Assembly (NCBI RefSeq): GCF_964204645.1
Contig: NC_134026.1
Coordinates: 16,154,150-16,218,149, forward strand
Direction of reading: 5' to 3'
Length of the DNA: 64,000 nt
Source of the DNA: Tubulanus polymorphus
Taxonomy: Eukaryota > Animalia > Nemertea
Shown: positions 27,691 to 39,528 of the stretch, one piece after another
Numbering within the stretch: position 1 is the stretch's first letter
How the letters are laid out: each line of letters starts with the position of its first letter
Translations under genes and position numbers: made by a program
Notes under the pieces: generated by a model
Seen by the model: the letters and a program-made list of their open reading frames with translations, nothing else
Told to the model about the DNA's origin: nothing
The model's database searches: none

Positions 27691-27963
27691 ATACAACTAA
27701 AATCGCTAACTGATAGTCTATTAAACCTTTATATTTTAAATGTGCTACAAATTGATTTCCATATTTAGTTGATATTATTTCAATATGTGTTATTAAATAT
27801 TTTTTATTCAATGTTATTTCAATTAATTTCTTATATTTATAGTCTACATTCTTAGCAACTGTTATATCTTTTATTCTTTTAGTAATTATTTCAATATGTG
27901 TTATTAAATATTTTTTATTCAATGTTATTTCAATTAATTTCTTATATTTATAGTCTACATTCT
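27690..27963 (-). pseudogene. C-terminal part of the small AT-rich ORF begun at 18744, with a 111-bp-period tandem duplication
   Basis: TKRIKDITVAKNV is shared with 18744-18818 and continues DYKYKKLIEITLNKKYLITHIEIISTKYGNQFVAHL. Confidence 0.55.
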
Positions 27964-28326
27964 GGCTCAAGTCTATTATAGCATTAAATAGTTCCAGCAG
28001 AGACTTATCACATTGGAACGGTATTTGGAATTAATCCGCCAATATTGGACTGATTGAATCTTACGACATTACGCCATAGGGACGTGCGAACATACCGACA
28101 TACCGACAAACCGACGAACCGACAAACCGACAAACCGACGAACCGACAAACCGACGAACCGACAAAAAGACAAATCCGTGCGTGGATTACCCTTATATAA
28201 AGTGGCTGGGATCGAGGGGCTGCGTGGTTGCGTGGATTACCCTTATATAAAGTTGCTAGGATTGAGGGGCTGCGTGGTTGCGTGGATTACCCTTATATAA
28301 AGTGGCTGGGATCGAGGGGCTGTGTA
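27964..28326 (+). mobile_element. Long terminal repeat arm 2 of the same GG-ended element
   Basis: GGCTCAAGTCTATTATAGC..., first ~90 bp nearly identical to 18819. Preceded by TACATTCT (reverse complement of AGAATGTA). Three 50-bp TATA-containing units. Confidence 0.7.
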
Positions 28327-28687
28327 AACGTTTTTTCCAGTTCGGCGTTTTGTGTTTTGCCTCCCCCGCACACTGCATAACAAAAAACATCGAAAACGTT
28401 TTTTCACGAGGAAAAAACGTTTTTTCGGTGCCGAGTGCGTTGGGCTTAAGGGTCGAGTCCCGGAGAATAACGCGCTCGCACGGTCCGCGTGTCACAAGAT
28501 GACCGTCCCGCTCCACACAAGTACATGTACTGAATAATCAACTCAAAATTTTGCCAATCCCTGGGAGTAAAATGCCGTGCGTTTTTTAACATATCGTATC
28601 TTTATGTGTTTTTTACTCCCGTTTTTCAAACGTTGTTCCCCTTTTCCGTTTCGAGTAAAATACCGAGTAGGTATGAAATACCGTATA

Positions 28688-31522
28688 GATACCGAGGATA
28701 CCTGTCTCACGGCCTGTGAGCCTCCAGGTTACCTGTGATACCTACGATACCGAGGATACCTGTCTCACGGCCTGTGAGCCTCCAGGTTACTTGTGATACC
28801 AACGATACCTATACGATACCGAGGATACCTGTCTCCCGGCCTGTGAGCCTCCAGGTTACCTGTGATACCAACGATACCTACGATACCGAGGATACCTGTC
28901 TCCCGGCCTGTGAGCCTCAGGTTACCTGTGATACCAACGATACCTGTGATATCGAGGATACCTGTCTCACGGCCTGTGAGCCTCTAGGTTACCTCTAATA
29001 CCTGTGATACCAACGATACCGAGGATACCTGTCTCATGGCCTGTGGGACCCCAGGGTACCTGTGATACCGACGATACCGAGGATACCTGTCTCCCGGCCT
29101 GTGAGCCTCCAGGTTACTTGTGATACCAACGATACCGACGATACCGAGGATACCTGTCTCCCGGCCTGTGAGCCTCCAGGTTACCTGTGATACCAACGAT
29201 ACCGAGGATATCTGTCTCCCGGCCTGTGAGCCTCCAGGTTACATGTGATACCAACGATACCTACGAAACCGAGGATACCTGTCTCCCGGCCTGTGAGCCT
29301 CCAGGTTACCTCTGATACCTGTGATACCAACGATACCGAGGATACCTGTCTCATGGCCTGTGGGACCCCAGGGTACCTGTGATACCGACGATACCGAGGA
29401 TATCTGTCTCCCGGCCTGTGAACCTCCAGGTTACCTGTGATACCGAGGATACCTGTGATACCGAGGATACCTGTCTCCCGGCCTGTGAGCCTCCAAGTTA
29501 CCTATGATACCAACGATACCTACGATACCGAGGATACCTGTCTCCCGGCCTGTGAGCCTCCAGGTTACCTGTGATACCAACGATACCTATGATACCGAGG
29601 ATACCTGTCTCCCAGCCTGTGGGAACCCAGGGTACCGGTGATACCAACGATACCTACGATACCGAGGATACCTGTCTCAAGGCCTGTGAGTCTCAGGTTA
29701 CCTGTGATACCAACGATACCTGTGATACCGAGGATACCTGTCTCATGGCCTGTGAGCCTCCAGGTTACCTGTGATACCAACGATACCTACGATACCGAGG
29801 ATACCTGTCTCCCGGCCTGCGGGACCCCAGGGTACCGGTGATACCAACGATACCTGTGATACCGAGGATACCTGTCTCACGGCCTGTGAGCCTCCAGGTT
29901 ACCTGTGATACCAACGATACCTACGATACCGAGGATACCTGTCTCACGGCCTGTGAGCCTCCAGGTTACCTGTGATACCAACGATACCTACGATACCGAG
30001 GATACCTGTCTCCCGGCCTGTGGGACCCCAGGGTACCGGTGATACCAACGATACCTGCGATACCGAGGATACCTGTCTCACGGCCTGTGAGTCTCACGTT
30101 ACCTGTGATACCAACGATACCTACGATACCGAGGATACCTGTCTCACGGCCTGTGAGCCTCCAGGTTACCTGTGATACCAACGATACCTACGATACCGAG
30201 GATACCTATCTCCCGGCCTGTGAGCCTCCAGGTTACCTGTGATACCAACGACACCTACGATACCGAGGATACCTGTCTCAAGGCCTGTGAGTCTCAGGTT
30301 ACCTGTGATACCAACGATACCTACGATACCGAGGATACCTGTCTCAAGGCCTGTGAGTCTCAGGTTACCTGTGATACCAACGATACCTGTGATACCGAGG
30401 ATACCTGTCTCACGGCTTGTGAGCCTCCAGGTTACCTGTGATACCAACGATACCTGTGATACCGAGGATACCTGTCTCACGGCCTGTGAGCCTCCAGGTT
30501 ACCTGTGATACCAACGATACCTGTGATACCGAGGATACCTGTCTCACGGCCTGTGAGCCTCCAGGTTACCTCTGATACCTGTGATACCAACGATACCGAG
30601 GATACCTGTCTCATGGCCTGTGGGACCCCATGGTACCGGTGATACCAACGATACCTGCGATACCGAGGATACCTGTCTCACGGCCTGTGAGTCTCAGGTT
30701 ACCTGTGATACCAACGATACCTACGATACCGAGGATACCTGTCTCACGGCCTGTGAGCCTCCAGGTTACCTGTGATACCTACGATACCGAGGATACCTGT
30801 CTCACGGCCTGTGAGTCTCAGGTTACCTGTGATACCAACGATACCTGTGATACCGAGGATACCTGTCTCACGGCCTGTGAGCCTCCAGGTTACATGTGAT
30901 ACCGGTGATACCAACGATACCTACGATACCGAGGATACCTGTCTCAAGGCCTGTGAGTCTCAGGTTACCTGTGATACCCACGATACCTGTGATACCGAGG
31001 ATACCTGTCTCACGGCCTGTGAGCCTCCAGGTTACCTGTGATACCAACGATACCTGTGATACCGAGGATACCTGTCTCACGGCCTGTGAGCCTCCAGGTT
31101 ACCTGTGATACCAACGATACCTGTGATACCGAGGATACCTGTCTCACGGCCTGTGAGCCTCCAGGTTACCTCTGATACCTGTGATACCAACGATACCGAG
31201 GATACCTGTCTCATGGCCTGTGGGACCCCAGGGTATCTGTGATACCGACGATACCGAGGATACCTGTCTCCCGGCCTGTGAGCCTCCAGGTTACTTGTGA
31301 TACCAACGATACCGACGATACCGAGGATACCTGTCTCCCGGCCTGTGAGCCTCCAGGTTACCTGTGATACCAACGATACCTACGATACCGAGGATACCTG
31401 TCTCATGGCATGTGGGACCCCAGGGTACCTGTGATACCAACGATACCGATGATACCGAGGATACCTGTCTCCCGGCCTGTGAGCTCCAGGTTACCTGCGA
31501 TACCGATGATACCGAGGATACC
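28688..31522. repeat. Modular tandem satellite, ~58-76-bp monomers (mode 66-67 bp), roughly 40-45 copies
   Basis: 49-bp core GATACCGAGGATACCTGTCTCACGGCCTGTGAGCCTCCAGGTTACCTGT plus 0-3 nine-mers GATACC(AAC/TAC/TGT/GAC). Confidence 0.95.
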
Positions 31523-31744
31523 CACGATATCTTGGTGATTCTCAAAACCTCGACGGAGCGCTCCTGATGTCGTACGTTGGTGATGGTTTAGGTTTATTTA
31601 TTTCGCTCTAACCAAACATTGGTACATAGAGGTTACAAGAATTTGTACAATGAAATTTATAATTTACAAAACTTAAAAACAAGAAAACAGAGATACACAT
31701 AGAATAGAATAATAATAGAGATAACAGATATGTATACATGAATT

Positions 31745-34018
31745 TTACTTAAGTAGCTTGAGACCAGCATTTACAAATCTAGCGAGTTTAATTAATATAT
31801 TGTTATTTACAGCATTAAATAATTGTGACATTTTAAAAGCGTTTGGTCTATTTACATAAAAAGGTGTTAAGAAAACTCTTCGTATATTGTTTAGTTTGGA
31901 ACATTCAAAAAGAAAATGAAATTCATCGCCGATTTTGTTAAGACTACAATATGTACAAATACGTTCGTTTCTATCAATATTTACATTGCTAAGTTTGTTT
32001 GCATCTAATTTACGGCTACCGATCCGAAATTCAGCGAGACTATACATGAGGTGGTTCGGTACAACGGATAAATAGTTTTCATAATCATATTTAAGTTTAA
32101 AGATTCTATAATTTACGCATATGTCACTATTTTGCAATTTTTCCCTCCATGTCTGAATGTATCTATCTTTTAGATATTGTTTTATGATATTTATCGACCG
32201 TAGATCGATTACCTGGTCTTGCCACACAAAGTTCAGCCCACAGTTTTGTATAATTTCCTTAATTTGGCAAATCCAATCAGATACATATAAATCTGATCTG
32301 TATAAGTCGTACAAAATATTATACATTACTAGATTCAGCTTTGACTTGTTAGCATTTAAAGTTTTGTTCCAATATTTAATCATTCTAAGTTTAATAGTAG
32401 TCGATAAAGGTAATCTGCCAGTCTCGCCATATATCATAGTATTATGGCAGAATTTTGGTACTTTTAGAACTAATTTACAAAACCTTGTGTGGACTTTTTC
32501 TAGTATATCGATATTTTCATGGCCCCATATTTCACACCCGTACAATAGAATTGGTGCCACACAACAATCAAATAATTTAAAAAGTAAGTCTGGAGGAAGA
32601 TTACATCTTCTGCCTTTTTGAATAATAGCAAACATTGCTCGAACAGCTTTGTCGTGGATTGCTTTTTTCGCTTTTGTAAATTTTCCATCCCAATTAAACA
32701 AAATTCCAAGATAATTGTACTCATCTACTCTTTCCAATGTCTCATCACCGAATAGAAAATCGGGAAGGTTTTTTAATCTTTGCTTCGATCTTGCGAAAAT
32801 CATTATTTTCGTTTTATCAATGTTAACAAATAACTTGTTTACTTGGCAATAATCATATAGTATATTTAAATTGTTTTGTAATTCAGATTCTGATTCTGCA
32901 AATAAAATTGTGTCGTCTGCATATAATAATACAAATAATTTCAGTAATACCTCAATTTCTTCTTCAAAACTTTTTTTGTATAGGTTGCTAATAAAGGTGA
33001 GTGAGTTACTATTGTTATCGTTGAAGAATTTATCAATATCGTTAAGGAAAATAGCGAATAACAGGGGAGAAAGACTTTCACCCTGTCTTACTCCGATGTT
33101 TGAAGGGAAAAAATTTGAAGTATCACCTTTAAACGATACACAAGATTTGGAATTCAAATAGAGGTTGTGAACGGTGTTAAAAAAGAGACCTTTTATACCT
33201 AAAGCCATCATCTTTTTCCATAAAGCAATTCTCCATACGGAGTCAAAGGCCTTGCGGAAGTCTACGAAGCAACAGAAAAGACGTCTACCTTGATTAAGGT
33301 ATAGCTCAACAATAGATTTAAATGTGAATAGATGATCGGTAGTAGAATACCCCGCTCTAAAACCTGCTTGATTTTCACTTAAAAGTTGATTTACCTTCAT
33401 AAAACATGTTAATCGATTATTAAGGATATTTGTAAAAAGTTTGCCTAAACAACTAACTAGCGTTATACCTCTATAATTATCCGTACAATTAATATTGCCT
33501 TTATTCTTAAATATCGGTTTAATAGAGCATATAGTCCAGCTTTCTGGGATAATGCCACTCATCAATACAATATTAAAGAGTTGAAGAAAGGATGAGCGTA
33601 AGTTATCATCGGAATTTTTTATCATTTCATTACAAATTAGATCCATACCGGTAGCTTTGTTGTTTTTTAAGGAAGAAATGGCTTTATTTAATTCTAGCAT
33701 AGTTATTTCAGCATTAAGCATAGAGTCATCTATATCGTCTAAAAGTATATCTGTTTCCGTATCCAAAACTTCAGTCTCATCGTGAGCGTTTAGGTTAGCG
33801 AAGTGATCAAAAAAGTCATTGGATGTAAGGGTGACAGTCTCAGTTGGAATGTTAGAATTGCTGTGCGAATTTATCAATTTCCAGAATTGTTTTGGATCTT
33901 TTGATTCACAGGATCTTAGTTCATTAATAAATGTAGTCTCGGCGGATTTTTGACGTTCAAACATAGCTTTTTTATAGTTTTTGCCAGCAATTTTCAAATC
34001 ATTTAAATTCGTATCCAC
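31745..34018 (-). CDS. LINE ORF2 reverse transcriptase + CCHC segment (757-aa open frame; upstream endonuclease frameshifted)
   Basis: NYRGITLVSCLGKLF, FVDFRKAFDSV, LLYADD, YNYLG, RICTYC..GDEFHFLFEC. Confidence 0.85.
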   Translation of the reverse strand: MDTNLNDLKIAGKNYKKAMFERQKSAETTFINELRSCESKDPKQFWKLINSHSNSNIPTETVTLTSNDFFDHFANLNAHDETEVLDTETDILLDDIDDSMLNAEITMLELNKAISSLKNNKATGMDLICNEMIKNSDDNLRSSFLQLFNIVLMSGIIPESWTICSIKPIFKNKGNINCTDNYRGITLVSCLGKLFTNILNNRLTCFMKVNQLLSENQAGFRAGYSTTDHLFTFKSIVELYLNQGRRLFCCFVDFRKAFDSVWRIALWKKMMALGIKGLFFNTVHNLYLNSKSCVSFKGDTSNFFPSNIGVRQGESLSPLLFAIFLNDIDKFFNDNNSNSLTFISNLYKKSFEEEIEVLLKLFVLLYADDTILFAESESELQNNLNILYDYCQVNKLFVNIDKTKIMIFARSKQRLKNLPDFLFGDETLERVDEYNYLGILFNWDGKFTKAKKAIHDKAVRAMFAIIQKGRRCNLPPDLLFKLFDCCVAPILLYGCEIWGHENIDILEKVHTRFCKLVLKVPKFCHNTMIYGETGRLPLSTTIKLRMIKYWNKTLNANKSKLNLVMYNILYDLYRSDLYVSDWICQIKEIIQNCGLNFVWQDQVIDLRSINIIKQYLKDRYIQTWREKLQNSDICVNYRIFKLKYDYENYLSVVPNHLMYSLAEFRIGSRKLDANKLSNVNIDRNERICTYCSLNKIGDEFHFLFECSKLNNIRRVFLTPFYVNRPNAFKMSQLFNAVNNNILIKLARFVNAGLKLLK

Positions 34019-35199
34019 TTTGTTATATCTATATTTGTTCCTACGACTATCATCTTCTTTAGTCTCTTACATTCATTATCATACCATTTATGTTTCCCTG
34101 TAGTGGTTACTTTTCTAGGCCGACTTAATCCGGACATACCGCAGGAATCTGCAGCTGTGACCATTATATTCGAAAGTTTGTTTGTCAAGTCATCGACTGA
34201 ATTTTTGTTAATAGTTGTGGGATTTACATTAGTTAAATTTCTATTAAGCTCGGTCAATTCCGCATTGTTAATTAGCGTTCTATATTGTTGAGATTTGTCT
34301 CTTTGCCATTTAATAGATTTGATAGGTTTGTGCCTAGGTATTGTATCAGTAACTCTATTGGCTGGGCAACTTTTATTATTCAATTCAATCGTCACAAGAT
34401 GGTGACCATCTGAAAATAAAGGATTAAAAGTGTCGACACTTAACTGGCCGATTGATACAAACACGTCTACTGAGCAAACAAAGTAATCAATTACACTGTT
34501 TTCTTTGAATGTATAATTACCCTCTAAATCCCCAGGCGCCCTCCCATTAACAATCAAAAGCTCTAGTCTTTTACAAAGATCAATTAACTGATAGCCAGCT
34601 GTGTTGATTCTGGAGTCCTTATTGTTTCTATGGGTTATATTTGCCATTTGGCGGTTGAAAGGATTAATATCATCAAGGTCATTTTCTATAACATAATCTT
34701 TAAGTTTACCCGTTCAAGCATTGAACTCACCCCCTATACAAACGAAGACATCCCTTTCTACTTTTTGAAATGCAATTTCTATTTCAATGTCGTCGAATTT
34801 ATAGTTGTTAAAAAACTTCGAGCCTTCTGGTGGAACATAAATACTACCTAAGAGAACGTCTTTCACAGTATTAAACACACATTTATCAATTTGGAGCCAT
34901 AATATGTCCTTATTTTCGGTTTGTATTTCTTTGACATATTTACTATATTCGCTTCGGTATATTATCCCAATTCCGCCAGATTTTCTAACGGCTAGGTTAT
35001 GTCTGTTCTTAAAAATAGCACTGTATCCGCTAGGTAATTGTTCTTTAACTAATTCCGAGTCGCACGCATCGAGTTTAGTTTCCGATAAACAAAAAAAGTC
35101 AAATTATGTTATACATTCGCCTAAGTCAGGTGATTTCATTTTGTTAAATAATCCACAAACATTTAATGCCGCAATCCGTATTTTGGTCTCGGCAACATC

Positions 35200-35971
35200 C
35201 TATTCGCGGTGCGTCGGGCGCGGTGCGTGGGTCGCCCCACGAGGGAACACTTCTTTACCGTTTACGATTAGTTTATCTCTAACGAATTTCACTTTGTAAC
35301 CATTCTTTTTCGCATCCCGATCAGGCCTATTCACCCATTCGCGATTTTCTCCGATCCTGCCATTCTTTTGGAATTTGTTCGGACATTCCAAACGAGGTTC
35401 CAGTCAGATTACGACCTGCGCTAAGAACTCTTTCCTTGTCGGTGTATTTATGGAATTTCGCTACTATCGGTCTGGTTTTTCCGCGTTTATGTCCTCCCAA
35501 TCTGTGTACTCGATCGAGTACCGGTTTGAAGTCCGCAATTCCTAGATCATTTTCTATGAATTTCTGTATCTTGTCATTGCAGTCCTCATTTTCCTCTTCT
35601 TTGATCGAGTAGAAGATCGCGTTTTCGCGCATAGATCTCCACTGCAAATCCAGTAACGCTTCATGATCCGCTCGTTGCTGTGCTAGGATAACCTCTTTCG
35701 CTTCACTATTTTCCGCTACGTCCTTTTTTAATCGTTGGTTTTCTAGCTTTAGCTCGTTGATAGTTTCATGACAAGATTCTAATGATTTCGTCAGATTGGC
35801 GATCTCCGCGATTAGATTATCTAGTACATCCAGTTTATCGAGCTTCTTTAGTTGGCTAAATATTTCCGAAATTGCCGAATGTACATCCAACTCGTCTTGC
35901 GATTGATTTTTATTCTTGGCTCGCAGCTTTGTGTCTGGTGAAGATCTAATAGATTTCGTGGTTGGTGCCAT
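35200..35971 (-). pseudogene. LINE ORF1 (L1/Transposase_22-like RNA-binding protein), frameshifted near the end
   Basis: QWRSMRENAIFYSIKE, LDRVHRLG, RPIVAKF, GMSEQIPKE, then KVKFVRDKLIVNG in another frame. Confidence 0.8.
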
Positions 35972-36046
35972 TGTATCTGTAGTTGTCGTGTTGAAATATG
36001 AAGAGAGCACCGAAAACGCGTCTGCATTCGTTAACCACGACTCTAC

Positions 36047-38495
36047 AACGATTACGATTTATTTACACTCCAACCATTTGCATGGTATATGGAGGAAAAC
36101 TATTACACATGTATATACAAATATTTACAAAACAACACTAAAGTGATTAAAATTTAGAGAATGAAAACGTAACGAAATATATATATACATCAACTATTTA
36201 CAATACTATATATACTATTATATACATCAACTATTTACAATACTATATATACTATTGGAGGGATCTATATACATCTAAGCCGGTCTTAATGAATTTAGCT
36301 AAGTTGACCGTTTGGTTTTTCAGAATATCAAGGGTATTAAAGGTATTCAAATTCAAAAAGTTTTTGCGTTGTTCGTTAAGTAAGGTACAGTCAAACAGAA
36401 AATGGGATTCGTCACCTAAAGTATTACAAGTGGGGCATATTCTATCGGCTCTGTCTAAATGAAGGTTTGAAAATTTGTTCACAGGTAAAATATAGGACCC
36501 GACCCTAAATTCAAATAAACTAGTTCCTAAGTCATCACCAAGTTCTATTATATACTTCTCTAACCTAATATCATTTTTATACCTAATATCATATTGCCTA
36601 AAGTTAGTGTATATCGGATTAGTATTTATGGCAGATACAGTTTCTTGAAGGTGCTGGTCACGGAGTATCTGTTTTATTCGTTTTGAAAAAGATTTACTGT
36701 TAGTCATGAATTGCTGCGTCCAAATGCAGGACAAACCACAGTCATCAAACGTTTTCTTTATATATGATAACCAAGGGCTCTTAAATTTATCCCTTAAAAA
36801 TAAATTGAAAGATATTTTATAGAGTATTGAATTAAGTTTGGTTTGCTTTCCAGATACTGTTTTCACCCAAAAGTTAATCATCCTGCGTCTAACATCTATA
36901 TTCAAAGGGTAACGTCCTAGCTCTGATAAAACTTGTAAGTTGCGAGAATATTTCGTCACTTTCATTATGATTTTACAGAAGAAGCAATGAATATTTTCTA
37001 ATAAATCAAGATTTTCATATCCCCAGATCTCACACCCATACATGGCAATTGGAGCAACACACGTATCAAATAATTTAAACATAACATCTATGGGCAATTT
37101 CAAACGTCTGCCTTTTTGAACGATCGAAAACATAGCTCTGATAGCTTTATCGTAAAGATACTTTTTTGCCTTAGCAAAGTTACCATTCCAATTGAATTTT
37201 ACTCCGAGATAAACATAATCTTCAACTACCTCTAACTCTTGATCACCAAACATAAATTTCGAAATCGTTTTTATCCGGGATTTACTTCGCGCAAATACTA
37301 GTACTTTAGTTTTCTCTGGGTTAACAGTGAGACCATTAGCCGCGCAATATTCAAATAAGGTATCTAAGTGTAGCTGAAGAGATTTCTCATCCTCAGCAAG
37401 AATAACTGTATCATCTGCGTATAGTATTATGAATAAATTCAGTAAAGTATCAATATCCTGATCACGATTCAAATTTAGTTTTTCTATAAATGACAAAGTC
37501 GGTTTTCCACGATCAATGAAAAATTCTTCAATGTCGTTTAAGAATAACGAAAAGAGGATAGGTGAGAGATTTTCGCCTTGTCTTAAGCCTCTATCAGCTG
37601 CAAAGTATTGTGACGTGCAACCATTTAATTCAACACATGATTTTATGGAGTTATACATATTTTTGACCACATTGAAAAAGTTTCCATTAACATTGTTAGC
37701 AGTTAATTTTCGCCATAACTTTACCCTACAAATCGAGTCGAAAGCTTTCTTAAAATCAACAAAGGCGCAAAAAAGTCTTCTTCCCTGACAAAGATACAGC
37801 TCTACGATTGTTTTAAGCGTGTAAATATGATCAATGGTGGAATATTTCGATCTAAAGCCAGCCTGGGCTTCACTTATAATGTGATTCGTATCTAGAAATG
37901 TTGACAATCTTTGATTTAGGATACTTGTAAATAATTTACCAAGACAGCTAACTAAGGTAATACCTCTATAATTATCAGGATTAGAGGGATCGCCATTCTT
38001 TTTGAAAATGGGTTTGATGACGCCTATAGACCACATCTCTGGAACTTATCCTGTTTTAAGAACTAAATTGAATAATTTTTGTAATATATCAACTAAAAAC
38101 GGATACTGACTAACTCCCAACAGCTCATTCGTGATTCCATCAATGCCTGGGGCCTTATTGTTTTTGAGTAAAGAGATAGCCTTAATTACCTCATCACTGG
38201 TTATATCACTGTTCAAAATATAATTGTCATAGACAGGATGGTCACCCACGTCTGGGGGCTCATCACCGTCATCGGTTTCATTGTTAACATTATTCAAATC
38301 ATTTAATCTCATAAAATGTTCAAGAAAAATATCAATATCTATATTAGCCTCATTATTTTTTGTTCCGCTCGCAGAGTTTAGCATCGACCAATACTTTTTT
38401 GGGTTATCAATTTCGCATTCTCTCAATTCCTTAATAAATTCATCCTTTTGTTTCTTCTTATTTTCTCGGATGACCTTTTTATAGTTTTTACAAGT
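36047..38495 (-). mobile_element. 5'-truncated RTE-X-like LINE, a different subfamily
   Basis: 594-aa RT frame (36252..38036) plus upstream frame 38046..38426 separated by one stop. YADD, CCHC (RICPTC..GDESHFLFDC), 3' tail AAATAAATCGTAATCG, and a ~40-bp duplication in the 3' UTR. Confidence 0.88.
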
Positions 38496-38502
38496 TATCG
38501 TT

Positions 38503-38563
38503 TAGTGGCGCCCTCTTGTGGAGTCGGTTTTTAGTAATTGCGATCGGCCGGTAGATGGTACTA
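38503..38563. promoter_or_regulatory. Divergent pair of CTCF-like motifs upstream of MAK16
   Basis: Minus CCACAAGAGGGCGCCA (38506-38521) and plus GGCCGGTAGATGGTACTA (38546-38563) resemble CCASYAGRKGGCRS. Motif match only. Confidence 0.4.
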
Positions 38564-38704
38564 GCGGCGATTAACCACGTTATTCTTTCTTTTCACATTA
38601 TTGCTCATATTTGGGAGTTTGGGAGGTTTCTACTTCACAACAGCTACTTAGCTGAGAGAAAAATATCACGAGTCGGAGAGAAAATCGAGATCATATAGCC
38701 TACG

Positions 38705-38719
38705 ATGCAGCACGATGAC
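38705..38719 (+). CDS. MAK16: MAK16 homolog coding exon 1 (MQHDD)
   Basis: ATGCAGCACGATGAC|GTGAGA matches the MQxDD N-terminus; phase 0 fits exon 2. Confidence 0.8.
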
Positions 38720-38804
38720 GTGAGATCATAACACTGCGATTTTTATGAAACAGGGCCGTGTGTACCGTGGCGTAGCTAATATTTATTCGTCTCGGTAAAA
38801 GAGC

Positions 38805-39394
38805 GATCCGCACCTCTCTGAATCTACTGAATTACAAATCACTGTTCTAACTTCAGAATGTCTCACAGAATCCAATGCAGTGATTTATTTTATGATATCT
38901 CTTCTAGAAAGCAGATTTTTGGCCCGGTTTTTATCTCAGAATCGTGACGATCTTTCGATAGGACGCCATATTTGATTAGGAAATCTAAAGTGAAGATTTG
39001 TCTTAAGTTATTGCTGAAACGATGTGAGGGTAATCAGTACATAAAACTAATCAAATTTTTGTCAACTGTCACTGGGGTTATTAACGCTAACCAAATTTCA
39101 AGATATCATCGGTGAAATAGACAAGAAATTTACATTTTTCTTCCTCAAAATGAGTGGGTCATGAAACATTGTTTCAGCAAATATTCTTAACAAATCTTCA
39201 CTTAAGATTGACCCATCCAATACGGCATCCGGTTCAAAAATCGTGACGATCTCCAGACAAAATCCAGGCTAAAATGTACTTTCTAGTGTAGATACCATAA
39301 AATAAACCAGTGTACTGAATTGCTGATGACATTTTGGGTCTGAATCAGTGATATTTAATGTAATTGGTTGAACCATATACGAGAGGTGCGGATC
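38805..39394. mobile_element. Old foldback MITE (~220-bp diverged inverted arms)
   Basis: GATCCGCACCTCTC / GAGAGGTGCGGATC ends, arms alignable through AAGTGAAGATTTGT / ACAAATCTTCACTT. No clear TSD. Confidence 0.7.
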
Positions 39395-39528
39395 TTAGCT
39401 GTCGTTCCACAAACAACGTCTGGGCGAAAGTGCTCACATAAGGTTAATTTACGTCCCTCATTTTAAGGGACGATGCTTTGAGCGTCTATTTCACTCCTTA
39501 AAACACCATCAACTTAGCTCAAACTGAC

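Larger units (their letters stand above)
31590..36040 (-). mobile_element. Near full-length RTE-X-like non-LTR retrotransposon
   Basis: ORF1 with coiled-coil/RRM motifs, APE endonuclease (SETKLD, SVIDY, SDGH), RT (QAGFR, GVRQGESLSP, YADD), C-terminal CCHC, and 3' AATAAA plus short-repeat tail ~31590-31605. Confidence 0.9.

Noticed and set aside
18819-28326. LTR pair of a 9-kb retroelement
   Set aside because: No TG...CA ends, PBS, PPT or gag-pol between the repeats. The flank geometry fits flipped TIRs with an 8-bp TSD.
28688-31522. CRISPR-like array (hairpin repeats with spacers), or a Thr/Asp/Cys-rich repeat protein
   Set aside because: Spacers are recurring GATACCNNN nine-mers rather than unique sequences, there are no cas genes, and the context is eukaryotic. 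The 67-bp units shift frame, so the many short ORFs are repeat artefacts.
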